64,000 nucleotides of DNA from Bacillales bacterium UBA7278 (GCA_002472275.1 DKRQ01000026.1:25267-89266); one strand, 5' to 3'. Positions 53,301-62,243 are shown, counted from the stretch's first letter. Numbers and translations are program-made. Notes: generated by a model not told the origin, from the letters alone.

Positions 53301-53444
53301 TTCAAAGCCGCCCAAATCGACGATCCCGCCTACGCATCGCAGCTACGTTTCTACGCGGAATTCCTGGAAAAATCCTTCAAGAGGCCCGTTTTCGCTTACC
53401 TCGTTTCGATTTCACAAGGAAGTCAGGTTAGGGTAGAGTTATGA
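50316..53444 (+). CDS. addA: AddA/UvrD-family helicase-nuclease subunit
   Basis: Walker A GAGAGKTKVLTQRI. MIDEYQDTS (DExx) and VGDIKQSIYRFRNA helicase motifs. C-terminal nuclease block GIIDLFLLYEDHVDLIDFKA. Confidence 0.85.
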   Translation: MADSPTPDQLKAIAHNEGNCLVSAGAGAGKTKVLTQRISRLVAEKEAKLGELLVLTFTNKAAFEIKDRVRTAIATHPLPEVRAQSPEVEGASITTFDSFALDLVTRYHYRLGIDKEISLVPQSLIDTQKKLTIERILEERGALANQGKDQRFKEFVGRYCVKSTDSVIKLIIAIDKEADLKKDKKAFLKTFVEENFSDAFFENGIQTCYQKAIAILEKACDLIRSEYENTEYADLDGQLLQGLLSCKTYDDLYSAGIQFVAAKKNALTDQDKSARAKVKEMVALAKSYLVAPKAESYRKHMELKDDADLLFGIVRELNSRLDEWKKANASYSFADIASLARDLVQDDQVAAELRAKYKFAMIDEYQDTSDLQDQLIERINDKCLFMVGDIKQSIYRFRNANPKNFKAKMDAYSLEQGGKLITMAENFRSREQVIDAVNAIFGKIMTEELGGVDYSKNQALLYGNKAYDQTKNMEPYGYRVYRYARGGKGQAEDEAEAIARDIASKIVSGYKVQDWSKPKGDPEPYRPCDYGDFAILIRKKDDFPIYERKFRDYGIPISIANPKKKDEKTIKIVLKTLLRLALEVKAGLTDSISLRHLYVSLKRSFAQAEKDEAIYASLTSGEYLKDPIFQQIHDVLEKSESIGDLARNLVKSFDLARKLPLIGDVKENFEVIQSWISYLESLSKFTWDLQDVIQYYDDLDKTGVEEEDDQAPSESEAVRLMSIHASKGLEFPIVYLPQLDKPISRDKVNFTFSRNWGILLPNQNEAYLIAEGPFHVLAQSEEYDESLSEMMRLFYVALTRAKENLVFLLPKPEKEISLPAFPKSFEHFLLFADAEKGHEFDADTLPPVNKAALKETALKRKEEEAGREDSENEARIKEGLLHFLEQDLRRISSLPKEVDAKRASKEVEGPVDQGKLRYGEKLHRLMELTDVSSKDVSWIEDEKLRSKIERVLALPCFKDSAKARQFHEYSFLGPEGQEGIIDLFLLYEDHVDLIDFKAAQIDDPAYASQLRFYAEFLEKSFKRPVFAYLVSISQGSQVRVEL

Positions 53445-54541
53445 GCATGAACCCAAGCAAAGAGGAATTCTATTCGTTCATGGACTCGCTCCAGCTCCCC
53501 AGGGAGTTGGACCGCGATTTTCTTTTCGATTGCCTCGCGACGGCGATGGAAGGTGGGGAGAACCTTTCGGCGGTGAACCCGAGGTTCTCGTCTTTCATGA
53601 TCAACCCGGCGTTCTTAGCGATGTATCTCATCAACGAGCACATCTTCTATCTTTCCTGCCATCCCGAAGTGAAGGAGGCGGATGCGATCGCCAAGGATGG
53701 ATATCGTGACATTTTGATCTCCGTATCTTTAGATAAGTACTACACGAACGAGCACCTGGCCTACCAAATGGGTTCGTTCACCTCGCGTTTCTCGCCGACC
53801 CTATCGACGATCGACCTCTATCTGAACTTCATCTTGGGGATGCTTTCTCGTTATAAGAAAAACGAACCAGAACAAACCCTTCTCACCGACATCATGATGA
53901 AGGGATTTCAGATGGCCAACTGCGTTTGCCGTCTTCTGGAGGGCGGCTTCGAGACCGAGGCCTTCTCCACCTGGAGGACCCTCCATGAGAACGAATGCAT
54001 TCTGCAAGTTCTAATCAAGCACGGCAAACCCGTGATCGACGCCTATTTGAAGCACATCGGATACGGCATCGCCTTCCGCGGCGGCTATTCGAGCAAGGAG
54101 AAGACGGACGAGGTGTTCGTCGAGATCAAGGAGAAGATGAGGAAGGCCGACCTTAAGTCCAAGGACATGAAGAGGTTCATCGAATATGGTTGGCTTCTAG
54201 CGATCGACAAGGTCACCGAGATCGAAGGCTTCAAGCTGAACTTCCGCGATGGCGTCCAGCGCGTCGCGGGGCTAAGCAACTATTCCAAGGTCTATGAGAT
54301 GTCCTCGGAGATCGCCCATAGCTCCCCGCTTCTTATCTATTCCGAAAAGAACTATTTCTACCACATCACGATCCTGAACCTTTATGAATCCTTCTTCCGC
54401 CTGGAGAAGATATTCGCCTCCATCTATATGTCGACGGTAGGGGAGGAAGAGAGGCAAAGATACCTCTCGATGAGAAGCCTTTACTCCGGTGAGCTGCTCG
54501 CTTCCTACAACATGAAAAAGGCCGAATTCACGAGGAATTAA
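53441..54541 (+). CDS. hypothetical all-helical protein, 366 aa, translationally coupled to addA
   Basis: ATGA overlap with the addA stop. No motif recognised with confidence. Confidence 0.65.
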   Translation: MSMNPSKEEFYSFMDSLQLPRELDRDFLFDCLATAMEGGENLSAVNPRFSSFMINPAFLAMYLINEHIFYLSCHPEVKEADAIAKDGYRDILISVSLDKYYTNEHLAYQMGSFTSRFSPTLSTIDLYLNFILGMLSRYKKNEPEQTLLTDIMMKGFQMANCVCRLLEGGFETEAFSTWRTLHENECILQVLIKHGKPVIDAYLKHIGYGIAFRGGYSSKEKTDEVFVEIKEKMRKADLKSKDMKRFIEYGWLLAIDKVTEIEGFKLNFRDGVQRVAGLSNYSKVYEMSSEIAHSSPLLIYSEKNYFYHITILNLYESFFRLEKIFASIYMSTVGEEERQRYLSMRSLYSGELLASYNMKKAEFTRN

Positions 54542-54554
54542 GCCTGGGAAAAAC

Positions 54555-54586
54555 AAAAATAGCCCCGCAAATCGGGGCTATTTTCG
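54555..54586. terminator. bidirectional terminator
   Basis: AAAATAGCCCCG-caaat-CGGGGCTATTTT. Confidence 0.75.
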
Positions 54587-54596
54587 TGATTTCGAA

Positions 54597-56246
54597 TCAA
54601 ACGTCGGCGTAGCAGGAGCCGCCGATGAATTCCCTCATCAAGGAGTTGGAGGGGACCCAATCGTCTTCCATGTCGAGGAAGAACTTCAACGTCCTCTGCA
54701 ACCTCATCGAGACGGGGAACCAGGGGCTCTCGGAGTCGATGCTGCGAAGCAAGGGAAGCGCGTATTTCTTCAAGACGGGGAGCTCATAGGAGATCATCGA
54801 GTTGTAGACGTAGTCGCAGCCTTCCTGGCAGGGGTAGATCCAACGGAATTCGCCATAGCGGACAGAACCCCACATGTTGATCGTCTCCTCGGCCGAGGCG
54901 TTGCGGAACTTGTAGTCGCGCACAATGCGGCGGATGAGGCGCAAATCGGTGAGGGAGACCGGGGTGTGGTCGTCGATGTTGAGCTGGGCCTGTGGCGAGA
55001 TGAAGATCTTGAATTTGGCGGACTTCGGGATATTGGCGGTCATCCTGTCGTTGAGGGCGTGAATGCCTTCGATGATGATGGGCTCGTTCTTTCCGACCTT
55101 AAGGGTCCTGCCGGGCACCCTATGGCCGAGCTGGAAGTCGAATTTGGGGAGGGTGACCTCCTCGCCGTTAATGAGGTCGAGCATGTTCTGGTTGAAGAGT
55201 TCGATGTCGAGGGCCTCGATGTGCTCGAGGTCGGGATTGCCTTTTTCGTCCTTGGGGCATTGGTCCTTGGGAAGATAGTAGTCGTCGAGGGAGATGCGGA
55301 CGGGGTTGATGCCACGGGAAAGCAGCTCAATCCTCAAACGGTTCGCGAAAGTGGTCTTGCCAGAGGAAGAGGGGCCGGCGATGCAGATGAGGGAGATCTC
55401 GTCGATCTGGTCTTCGATGAGCTGGCCGAGTTCGCAGAGCATGCGGTTATGCCTTGCTTCGCAAAGGTTGATGAATTCAATCGGCCCGCGCTTGCGGATG
55501 GCTTCGTTGATCCCGCCGACGCTGTCGCTGCCGACGATGGCGGCCCAGTCGTGGGCTTCCTTCAGGGCGCGGTTGAAGGTCGGGTCGTCCTGGAAGGGAG
55601 GGATTTCGCCGTTGCACTCGGCGCGGGGGTATTGAAGCATGAAGCCAGGGGCGTAGAGCCTCAGCTTGTAGTCCTTGATGAAGCCGGTCGAGGGCACCAT
55701 GTGGGAATAGGTGTAGTCGAGGTATTCGGCGCAGGAATAGAAGTGGACCGTCTTCTCGGGACGGGTGAGGAGCAAGGCGGCCTTGTCCTCGAAACCGCGT
55801 TCGGCATAGACCTTAGCGGCCTCCTCTTTGCTGACGAGGAACCTCTTCATGGGGAGGTCGGCGGCGATGATGTTCTCGATCTCGTGGTTGATGCGGATGA
55901 GCATCGCGGTGGTGGCGGTCACGCCGCTATTGAGGATATGGACGCCGATAGCGCGGGAAACGTTGTAGGAAAAGCGGATCTTAAGATCGGGGTAGACCCT
56001 GGAAAAGGCCATGGCCACGATGTAGCGGAGGGAGGCCTCGTAGATCCTGCACGCGTCGCGGTCGGTTAGGGTCAGGGGTTCGATCACCGCATCATAGGCA
56101 AACTCATAGGTGAGTTCGCGGGTGCGGTTGTTGATACGGGCGGCGATGCATTTCCTTTCAGGATCGCGATCGCCGATGGCCTCGAGCATCGAGATTTTGT
56201 GGTCGAACGTCTTGGATCGACCCATGCAGTGGACGGTAAACGACAT
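54597..56246 (-). CDS. long-form nucleoside (uridine-type) kinase with an N-terminal TGS/ThrRS-like extension
   Basis: P-loop IAGPSSSGKTTFANRL in the C-terminal half. The roughly 280-aa N-terminal extension is as in the clostridial long Udk-like proteins. Confidence 0.7.
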   Translation of the reverse strand: MSFTVHCMGRSKTFDHKISMLEAIGDRDPERKCIAARINNRTRELTYEFAYDAVIEPLTLTDRDACRIYEASLRYIVAMAFSRVYPDLKIRFSYNVSRAIGVHILNSGVTATTAMLIRINHEIENIIAADLPMKRFLVSKEEAAKVYAERGFEDKAALLLTRPEKTVHFYSCAEYLDYTYSHMVPSTGFIKDYKLRLYAPGFMLQYPRAECNGEIPPFQDDPTFNRALKEAHDWAAIVGSDSVGGINEAIRKRGPIEFINLCEARHNRMLCELGQLIEDQIDEISLICIAGPSSSGKTTFANRLRIELLSRGINPVRISLDDYYLPKDQCPKDEKGNPDLEHIEALDIELFNQNMLDLINGEEVTLPKFDFQLGHRVPGRTLKVGKNEPIIIEGIHALNDRMTANIPKSAKFKIFISPQAQLNIDDHTPVSLTDLRLIRRIVRDYKFRNASAEETINMWGSVRYGEFRWIYPCQEGCDYVYNSMISYELPVLKKYALPLLRSIDSESPWFPVSMRLQRTLKFFLDMEDDWVPSNSLMREFIGGSCYADV

Positions 56247-56457
56247 TTGGTTCTTTCTCCTTAGGAAGAAGCAGTCAATCTTATATGAAAGCCCTTACAT
56301 TAGCAAGAAAAGTTTCGCTGAAAACAGGCAATATTTCTAGTGTTTTCGCTCGTTCCTGCGCGTATTTACAAAAATAAGTTGAGTGGAGTAGGGGAAACTA
56401 GGATAATTCTAGGCGTCTAATCACAGGGACTTATAGTCCGCGAAAGGAGACTCACCC

Positions 56458-57660
56458 ATGGCAAAAGCAATGGTTTACCTGCAATCCGGCGGCCCGACCG
56501 CCGTCATCAACTCCTCCCTCTATGGGGCGATCATCGAGGCCAAGAAGCACTCTGAAATCAGTGGCATCTACGGCTCCCTTAACGGCGTCGAGGGCCTCAT
56601 CCAAGACGAACTCATCGACCTCCGCGAGGAAGAGGAAGACACCATCGAACTGCTAAAGCAGACCCCGGGCGCCATCCTCGGCACCGCCCGTTATAAGATG
56701 CCTTCCGACCTCGGCGACCTCCGTTACGAGGCCATCTGCCAGACGATCCTCAACCACAATATCGGCTATGTCTTCGTCAACGGCGGCAACGATTCCATGG
56801 ATACCTGCGCCAAACTGGCCAAGCTCTTCGCGCAGCAAAAGATCGATTGCAAGGTCATGGGCGTTCCCAAAACCGTCGATAACGACCTCGCCATCACCGA
56901 CCACTGCAACGGCTATGGTTCGGCGGCCAAGTACGTCATCAACATCACCAAGGACATCTGCATGGACGCCAAGTGCTACAAAAAGGGCAAGGTGTTCATC
57001 ATCGAGATCATGGGCCGCAACGCCGGCTGGCTCACCGCCGCGGTCGACCTGCTTCCCTACACGAACCGTCCCGACCTCATCTACCTCCCCGAGGACTCCT
57101 TCGAGATGGATACGTTCCTCAAGGACCTTAAGTCCATCTATGACCTAAAAGGTCACGTCATCATCGCGATTTCCGAGGGCATCGTCTTCGAACGCGACAC
57201 CTCGACCGCCCGCATCGACGCCTTCGGCCACATCCAACTCGGTGGCGCCGCCGACGCCCTTGCGACCATCGTCGAGAAGAAGCTCGGTCTCCCGACCCGC
57301 TCCGTCGAGCTCTCGCTCCCCCAGCGTGCCGACCCGATCCTCATCTCCAAGGTCGACCAGGACGAGGCCATCGCCTGCGGCGCCTTCGCCGTCAAGAAGG
57401 CCCTCGAAGGCGAGACCGCCAAGATGGTCATCATCAAGCGCGTCTCCAATAGCCCGTACAAAGCCGAGCTCGCCCTCGCTCCCGTTGACCAGGTCGCCAA
57501 CGCCGAGAAGAAGGTTCCGACCTCGATGATCGTCGGCAAGACCCACATGGATCCTTCCTTCCGCGAATATCTCGCCCCCCTCATCCAGGGCGAGGTCTAC
57601 CCCCGTTTCAAAAACGGCATCTACGAAACCGCGGTCCTCAAGAAGGTCAAAGCCCGCTAA
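56458..57660 (+). CDS. pfp: 6-phosphofructokinase, probably PPi-dependent
   Basis: Contains FVNGGNDSMDT and MGVPKTVDNDL. Asp and Lys occupy the positions of E. coli PfkA G104 and G124. AAAGGAGA SD upstream. Confidence 0.85.
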   Translation: MAKAMVYLQSGGPTAVINSSLYGAIIEAKKHSEISGIYGSLNGVEGLIQDELIDLREEEEDTIELLKQTPGAILGTARYKMPSDLGDLRYEAICQTILNHNIGYVFVNGGNDSMDTCAKLAKLFAQQKIDCKVMGVPKTVDNDLAITDHCNGYGSAAKYVINITKDICMDAKCYKKGKVFIIEIMGRNAGWLTAAVDLLPYTNRPDLIYLPEDSFEMDTFLKDLKSIYDLKGHVIIAISEGIVFERDTSTARIDAFGHIQLGGAADALATIVEKKLGLPTRSVELSLPQRADPILISKVDQDEAIACGAFAVKKALEGETAKMVIIKRVSNSPYKAELALAPVDQVANAEKKVPTSMIVGKTHMDPSFREYLAPLIQGEVYPRFKNGIYETAVLKKVKAR

Positions 57661-57673
57661 AAACGCAAAGAAC

Positions 57674-57712
57674 ACCCGCCAAAGCGCATCGCCTTAAGGC
57701 GGGTTTTCTTAT
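57674..57712 (+). terminator. rho-independent terminator after pfp
   Basis: ACCCGCC-(17 nt)-GGCGGGT followed by TTTTCTTATT. Confidence 0.6.
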
Positions 57713-57778
57713 TCCTCTTGTCCAAAACGGTTCTTTGTCCTTAAAATGATAGTCGTATCACTAAGTGATAGGTTTTTT

Positions 57779-58321
57779 ATGAGACTGGCTGAACGTTATG
57801 TAAGATGGAGCGATGAGGGCAAGAACCTCTTCATTTTGATTTGCGTCGCCCTTTTTGGGGCCCTGGTCTCGGTCGTTTTCATCTTTCTCGATAACGTCGG
57901 TGTACTCCTTGGCTGGCTGCTAGGCTCGGCCATCAACATCATCGCCTACGTATCGATGGTCAAGGGTTCGAAATCCCTCCTCAAATCGGCCCGTGAAGGA
58001 AGCGGCAAGACCGCCTCTTTCGCCGCCCTTTTCTTCCTGATGCGCCTTTTCCTTTACGCGGCCGGACTTGTGCTCGCGGCGTTTTGCACCTTCCGCTGGG
58101 GCACCTTTGAGCATGGGTATTGCAACTTGCTCGCCCTCGCCCTTGCCTACATGCCGACTTGGATCACACTCGTCGTGGTCGCCTTGATCCGCGGTGGCAA
58201 GAAGCAGCCTACGCCCGCCAAACTCGACAAAGCGGCGGAAATCGAGAAAAAGAAAGCCGAACTTGCCAAGATGCAGGCCGAACTCGAGGCTCTTGAAAAC
58301 CAGCAGAAGGAGGGCGAATGA
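57779..58321 (+). CDS. atpI: AtpI-like small membrane protein with a K/E-rich C-terminal helix
   Basis: It is the first gene of the atp operon, has 4 hydrophobic segments, and its stop overlaps the atpB start. The start is uncertain: ATG at 57746 lies inside the putative -10 TAAAAT, so 57779 is preferred. Confidence 0.45.
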   Translation: MRLAERYVRWSDEGKNLFILICVALFGALVSVVFIFLDNVGVLLGWLLGSAINIIAYVSMVKGSKSLLKSAREGSGKTASFAALFFLMRLFLYAAGLVLAAFCTFRWGTFEHGYCNLLALALAYMPTWITLVVVALIRGGKKQPTPAKLDKAAEIEKKKAELAKMQAELEALENQQKEGE

Positions 58322-59187
58322 AAATGCCTCTTCTCTCTGGTAACCCCCTTCAGGACATGATCGAGTCCTTCAAGAAGATCACTTGGCAGGACTATTGGAC
58401 CAACTTCCGCATGAGCGGGACTTTGCTGTCCTCGTTGCTCGTCATGGTCATCATCATGATTCTGGCCACGATCGTCGGCATCCAAGCCAAGCGCCAGGAT
58501 CCGATGAAGCCTAGCCGCGGCCTTTTGGCTTTTGCCGAGATGGGCGTGGACAAACTCCAGAATTGGACTCGCGCGATGATGGGTGGCCGCGAGCCGGGGA
58601 ACTGGCCCGCCTATTTCCTTTGCCTCGCCGTCTACCTCTTCATGGCGTTCACCTGGTCGCTTACGGGCCTTCCCTCGATCATCGATACCCTGATCTTCCC
58701 CTTGTCCCTATCCGTGGTCATGTTCATCCTGATCCACGCGACCGCGGTCCGTTACCAGAAATGGAAATACTTCCATCGCTACATCGAGCCGATTCCAATC
58801 TTCCTGCCGATCAACCTGATCACCATGTGGACCCCGATCATCTCCACGGCCCTCCGTATGTTCGGCAACGCCCTTTCGGGTTCCGTCGTCATCGGCTTGC
58901 TCAACTGGGCGTTGAAAAACGTTTCCATCTCCATCTTCTCCGAGTGGGCCTCTTCCTATATGGCCGCGACCGGGGGAGCCCGTCTATTGGATACGCCGGC
59001 GGCGATTTGGCTTAGCCCTTTGCCGATTGGCGTCCTCAATCTCTACTTTGGCTTGTTCTCCGGGTTCATCCAGACCCTGGTTTTCGCTTCCCTTAACGCG
59101 TGTTGGATCACGGCAGAAATGCCCGAGACCAACGCGATGGGGACCGAGCGTCAGGTCACAAGGCCCGGCCCGAGCAAGGCCCAATAG
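58318..59187 (+). CDS. atpB: F0 ATP synthase subunit a
   Basis: The LRMFGNALSG block contains the essential Arg. Polytopic. Confidence 0.9.
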   Translation: MKMPLLSGNPLQDMIESFKKITWQDYWTNFRMSGTLLSSLLVMVIIMILATIVGIQAKRQDPMKPSRGLLAFAEMGVDKLQNWTRAMMGGREPGNWPAYFLCLAVYLFMAFTWSLTGLPSIIDTLIFPLSLSVVMFILIHATAVRYQKWKYFHRYIEPIPIFLPINLITMWTPIISTALRMFGNALSGSVVIGLLNWALKNVSISIFSEWASSYMAATGGARLLDTPAAIWLSPLPIGVLNLYFGLFSGFIQTLVFASLNACWITAEMPETNAMGTERQVTRPGPSKAQ

Positions 59188-59206
59188 TACCTAAGGAGGT
59201 AAATTC

Positions 59207-59503
59207 ATGGGTATTTCCAACGTCTTGACCGTCTTCGCCGGAGCGGGAACGGTCGCCAACAACAACCTTGGCCTGATCGCCTTGGCCGCCGCCATCTCCA
59301 TCCTTGTCGGCGCCGCCGCCGCGTTAGGCGAATCCTGGATCGCGTGCCACGCCCTCGATGGCATGACCCGCAACCCGGAAATGGAGTCGAAACTCCGCTC
59401 GACGATGATCTTGGCCATCGCTCTCGACGAGTCCACCTCGATCTACGCCCTCATCGTTTCGATTCTGCTTATCTTCATCCTCGGGGCACCGCTCGTAGGC
59501 TAA
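59207..59503 (+). CDS. atpE: F0 ATP synthase subunit c
   Basis: Helical hairpin with an RNPE loop and ALDESTSIYALIV in helix 2. AAGGAGG SD upstream. Confidence 0.9.
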   Translation: MGISNVLTVFAGAGTVANNNLGLIALAAAISILVGAAAALGESWIACHALDGMTRNPEMESKLRSTMILAIALDESTSIYALIVSILLIFILGAPLVG

Positions 59504-59568
59504 GAAGATGAGCCTGGTTTCGCTACAAGCGAAATTCGGACAAAGTCGCCGCCAAAGGAGGAAAGCGC

Positions 59569-60189
59569 ATGGATAGAAGACGCAAGTTAAGGTTCCTGCC
59601 CATCGTTTTGGGTGTTTTCCTGCTTGCCTCCTGCCAGGAGAATCCTTTCGGCCCCGACTCGCAAGCCGCCACGGACAGTTTCGTCAACAAGGTCTTCCCT
59701 AACGGCATCTGGGACTTCGTCATCCAGCTCCTCGCCTTCGTCGTCCTACTGGTCTTCGTCTTCCTCATCGGTTACAAACCGGTCAAGAAGATGCTCAACA
59801 AGAGGAAAGAGGGCGTCCAGAAGATGGTGGATGACGCCAAAGCCAATCAGGAAGTGGCCAAGCGCGCCGCCGACAATGCCTCGGTTACCATCGAGGAAGG
59901 AAAGCAGCAAGCCGCCGCCATCGTTGAGGAGGCCAAACGACAAGCCGCTTTGGAACGCGCCGCGATGATCGCGAGCGCCCAAGACGAGGTCGCCGCCATG
60001 AAGAAGCGCGCCGACCAAGACATCGAGGCCGCCAAGGTCGCCTCCAGGGAGGAAGTCCGTTCCGAGATCGTGGACGTGGCTCTTCTCGCCTCGGAGAAGA
60101 TCCTAGGCCGCGAAGTCTCGAGTTCCGACAACAAGAGGCTCGTGTCCGATTTCGTCAAGCAGATGAATGAGAAGGAAGGGGAGGAGTGA
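59569..60189 (+). CDS. atpF: F0 ATP synthase subunit b with an N-terminal lipoprotein signal
   Basis: MDRRRKLRFLPIVLGVFLLASC lipobox, then the canonical b-subunit TM and a long A/E/K-rich helix. Confidence 0.85.
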   Translation: MDRRRKLRFLPIVLGVFLLASCQENPFGPDSQAATDSFVNKVFPNGIWDFVIQLLAFVVLLVFVFLIGYKPVKKMLNKRKEGVQKMVDDAKANQEVAKRAADNASVTIEEGKQQAAAIVEEAKRQAALERAAMIASAQDEVAAMKKRADQDIEAAKVASREEVRSEIVDVALLASEKILGREVSSSDNKRLVSDFVKQMNEKEGEE

Positions 60190-60191
60190 GC

Positions 60192-60737
60192 ATGGACGAA
60201 CTAAGTGAAAACTACGCCAATGCCCTCTTCTCCTTGCTTTCATCCAAGGACAGGCCGATTTACGCAACCGCTTTGAAGGAAATCCGCGCCGATTTGGCAA
60301 ACGAGGGGGATTTCCTTCGCCTGCTTTGCTCCAGGTCGCTCGACTTTGAGGAGAAGGAGAAGATACTCGATAGGGTCTATGGGAAGAAATACGAGAAGCT
60401 TCCCCATTTGCTACCGACCCTCAAAGTGATCTGCTCCCATCATCGATTCAATCGCTTCAACGCGATCGTCGATGCGTATAACTCCCTATGCAACGAGGAA
60501 CTTGGGATCAAAGAAGGCATCGCGTTCTCGGCGGAGAAACTGAGCCCCGCCGAAATGACCGCCATCGAGAAGGCTTTAGAGAAAAAGCTCGGCTCGAAGG
60601 TGGCCCTCACCAACATGGTTGACCACACCCTATTAGGAGGGGTGAAGGTCAGCATCGACGACAAAGTGTTCGACGGAACCCTCAAAGGCCGTCTGAACGA
60701 ATTAGCGAAGAACCTTCGAGGAGGACATGTCCAATGA
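60192..60737 (+). CDS. atpH: F1 ATP synthase subunit delta (OSCP)
   Basis: Position within the operon, and the [21 protein letters not shown]-terminal block. ATG at 60192 behind GGGGAGGAG. Confidence 0.85.
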   Translation: MDELSENYANALFSLLSSKDRPIYATALKEIRADLANEGDFLRLLCSRSLDFEEKEKILDRVYGKKYEKLPHLLPTLKVICSHHRFNRFNAIVDAYNSLCNEELGIKEGIAFSAEKLSPAEMTAIEKALEKKLGSKVALTNMVDHTLLGGVKVSIDDKVFDGTLKGRLNELAKNLRGGHVQ

Positions 60738-62236
60738 AAATCAATTCCAGCGAGATCTCCGCTCTCATCAAAGAGCAGATCAAAGGCTATGAGGCGGACC
60801 TAGAGACCGATGACGTTGGTACCGTCATCTCGGTAGGGGACGGCATCGCGATTTGCTATGGCCTTCAAAAAGCCATGCTCGGCGAGCTTTTGGTTTTCCC
60901 TAATGACGTCTACGGCATGGTCCTCAACCTCGATACCGATGACGTCGGCGCCGTTTTGTTAGGACCCGATAAGAAAATTCAGGAAGGCGACACCGTAAAA
61001 AGGACCAAGAAGGTCATCGAGGTCCCCGTTGGGGACGGTTTGCTAGGCAGGGTGGTCAACGCCCTTGGCGAGCCTCTAGACGAAAGAGGACCCGTCTCCT
61101 ACAAGAAAACCCGCCCCATCGAGCGTATCGCCCCGGGCGTCATGACCAGGAAATCGGTCTCGGTTCCTCTAGAAACCGGACTTAAGGCGGTTGATGCGAT
61201 CATCCCGATCGGCCGCGGCCAAAGGGAACTCATCATCGGCGATAGGCAAACGGGCAAAACCGCGATCGCCCTCGACGCGATCATCAACCAAAAGGGCAAA
61301 GACGTGAAATGCGTCTACGTCGCGATTGGCCAGAAGAACTCCTCCGTGGCCTCCCTCGTCGAGAAGCTACGCGAACTCGATTGCATGGATTACGTGGTTG
61401 TCGTCTCTTCTAGCGCCTCCGAATCCGCGCCCAACCAATACATCGCCCCCTTCGCCGGCATGGCGATCGCCGAGGAATGGATGGAGCAGGGGCAGGACGT
61501 CCTCATCGTCTTGGACGACCTTTCCAAGCACGCGGTCAGCTACCGTACCCTCTCTCTTCTATTGAAGAGGGCCCCGGGCCGCGAAGCCTATCCCGGCGAC
61601 ATCTTCTACCTGCATTCTAGACTCCTCGAAAGGGCGTGCCGTTTGGCACCAGAATTCGGCGGGGGTTCTATCACGGCGCTCCCGATCGTCGAGACGCAGG
61701 CTGGCGACATCTCCGCCTACATCCCGACCAACATCATCTCCATCACCGACGGACAGATCTTCCTGATCACCGACTACTTCGCCTCGGGTCAGCGCCCCGC
61801 GGTGGACGTCGGCTTCTCGGTTTCCCGCGTTGGCTCGTCCGCGCAGGTGAAGGCCATGAAGCAGGTTGCCTCCTCCATCAAAATTGAGCTCGCCAACTAT
61901 AGGGAAATGCTTTCCTTCTCCCAGTTTGGCAGCGACCTCGACGCCTCCACCAAGAAGGTCCTCGCTCACGGCGCCGTCCTCATGGAGACCCTCAAGCAAA
62001 AGCAATACAACCCCTATCCGCAATGGAGGCAGATCCTCGAACTCTTCGCCGTCAAAAACGGCTATTTGGACGAGATTCCTCCCGCGAAAGTGGGCGAAAC
62101 CCTCGCAAATCTCATCTCTTTTTTGACTTCCACCCATCAAGACGTCATCGACGAACTGAACGATAAGAAGGCCTTCGACGATGCCCTCACGATTAAAGTC
62201 AGGAATTCCATCGAGGACTTTTTCCAGAAGAGGTAA
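60734..62236 (+). CDS. atpA: F1 ATP synthase subunit alpha
   Basis: Walker [12 protein letters not shown]. Also [11 protein letters not shown] and [20 protein letters not shown]. Confidence 0.97.
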   Translation: MKINSSEISALIKEQIKGYEADLETDDVGTVISVGDGIAICYGLQKAMLGELLVFPNDVYGMVLNLDTDDVGAVLLGPDKKIQEGDTVKRTKKVIEVPVGDGLLGRVVNALGEPLDERGPVSYKKTRPIERIAPGVMTRKSVSVPLETGLKAVDAIIPIGRGQRELIIGDRQTGKTAIALDAIINQKGKDVKCVYVAIGQKNSSVASLVEKLRELDCMDYVVVVSSSASESAPNQYIAPFAGMAIAEEWMEQGQDVLIVLDDLSKHAVSYRTLSLLLKRAPGREAYPGDIFYLHSRLLERACRLAPEFGGGSITALPIVETQAGDISAYIPTNIISITDGQIFLITDYFASGQRPAVDVGFSVSRVGSSAQVKAMKQVASSIKIELANYREMLSFSQFGSDLDASTKKVLAHGAVLMETLKQKQYNPYPQWRQILELFAVKNGYLDEIPPAKVGETLANLISFLTSTHQDVIDELNDKKAFDDALTIKVRNSIEDFFQKR

Positions 62237-62243
62237 CCCCTAG

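Noticed and set aside
47966-54541. Reading the addB-addA-orf366 block as a dedicated anti-phage defence system
   Set aside because: AddA and AddB carry the ordinary recombination-repair motifs and sit in a housekeeping context. Only the third gene is unexplained, so it is reported separately at moderate interest rather than as a defence system.
54966-56069. 367-aa plus-strand ORF
   Set aside because: It is antisense to the nucleoside kinase gene, which has a clear P-loop. The product is G/V/D/E-rich low complexity.
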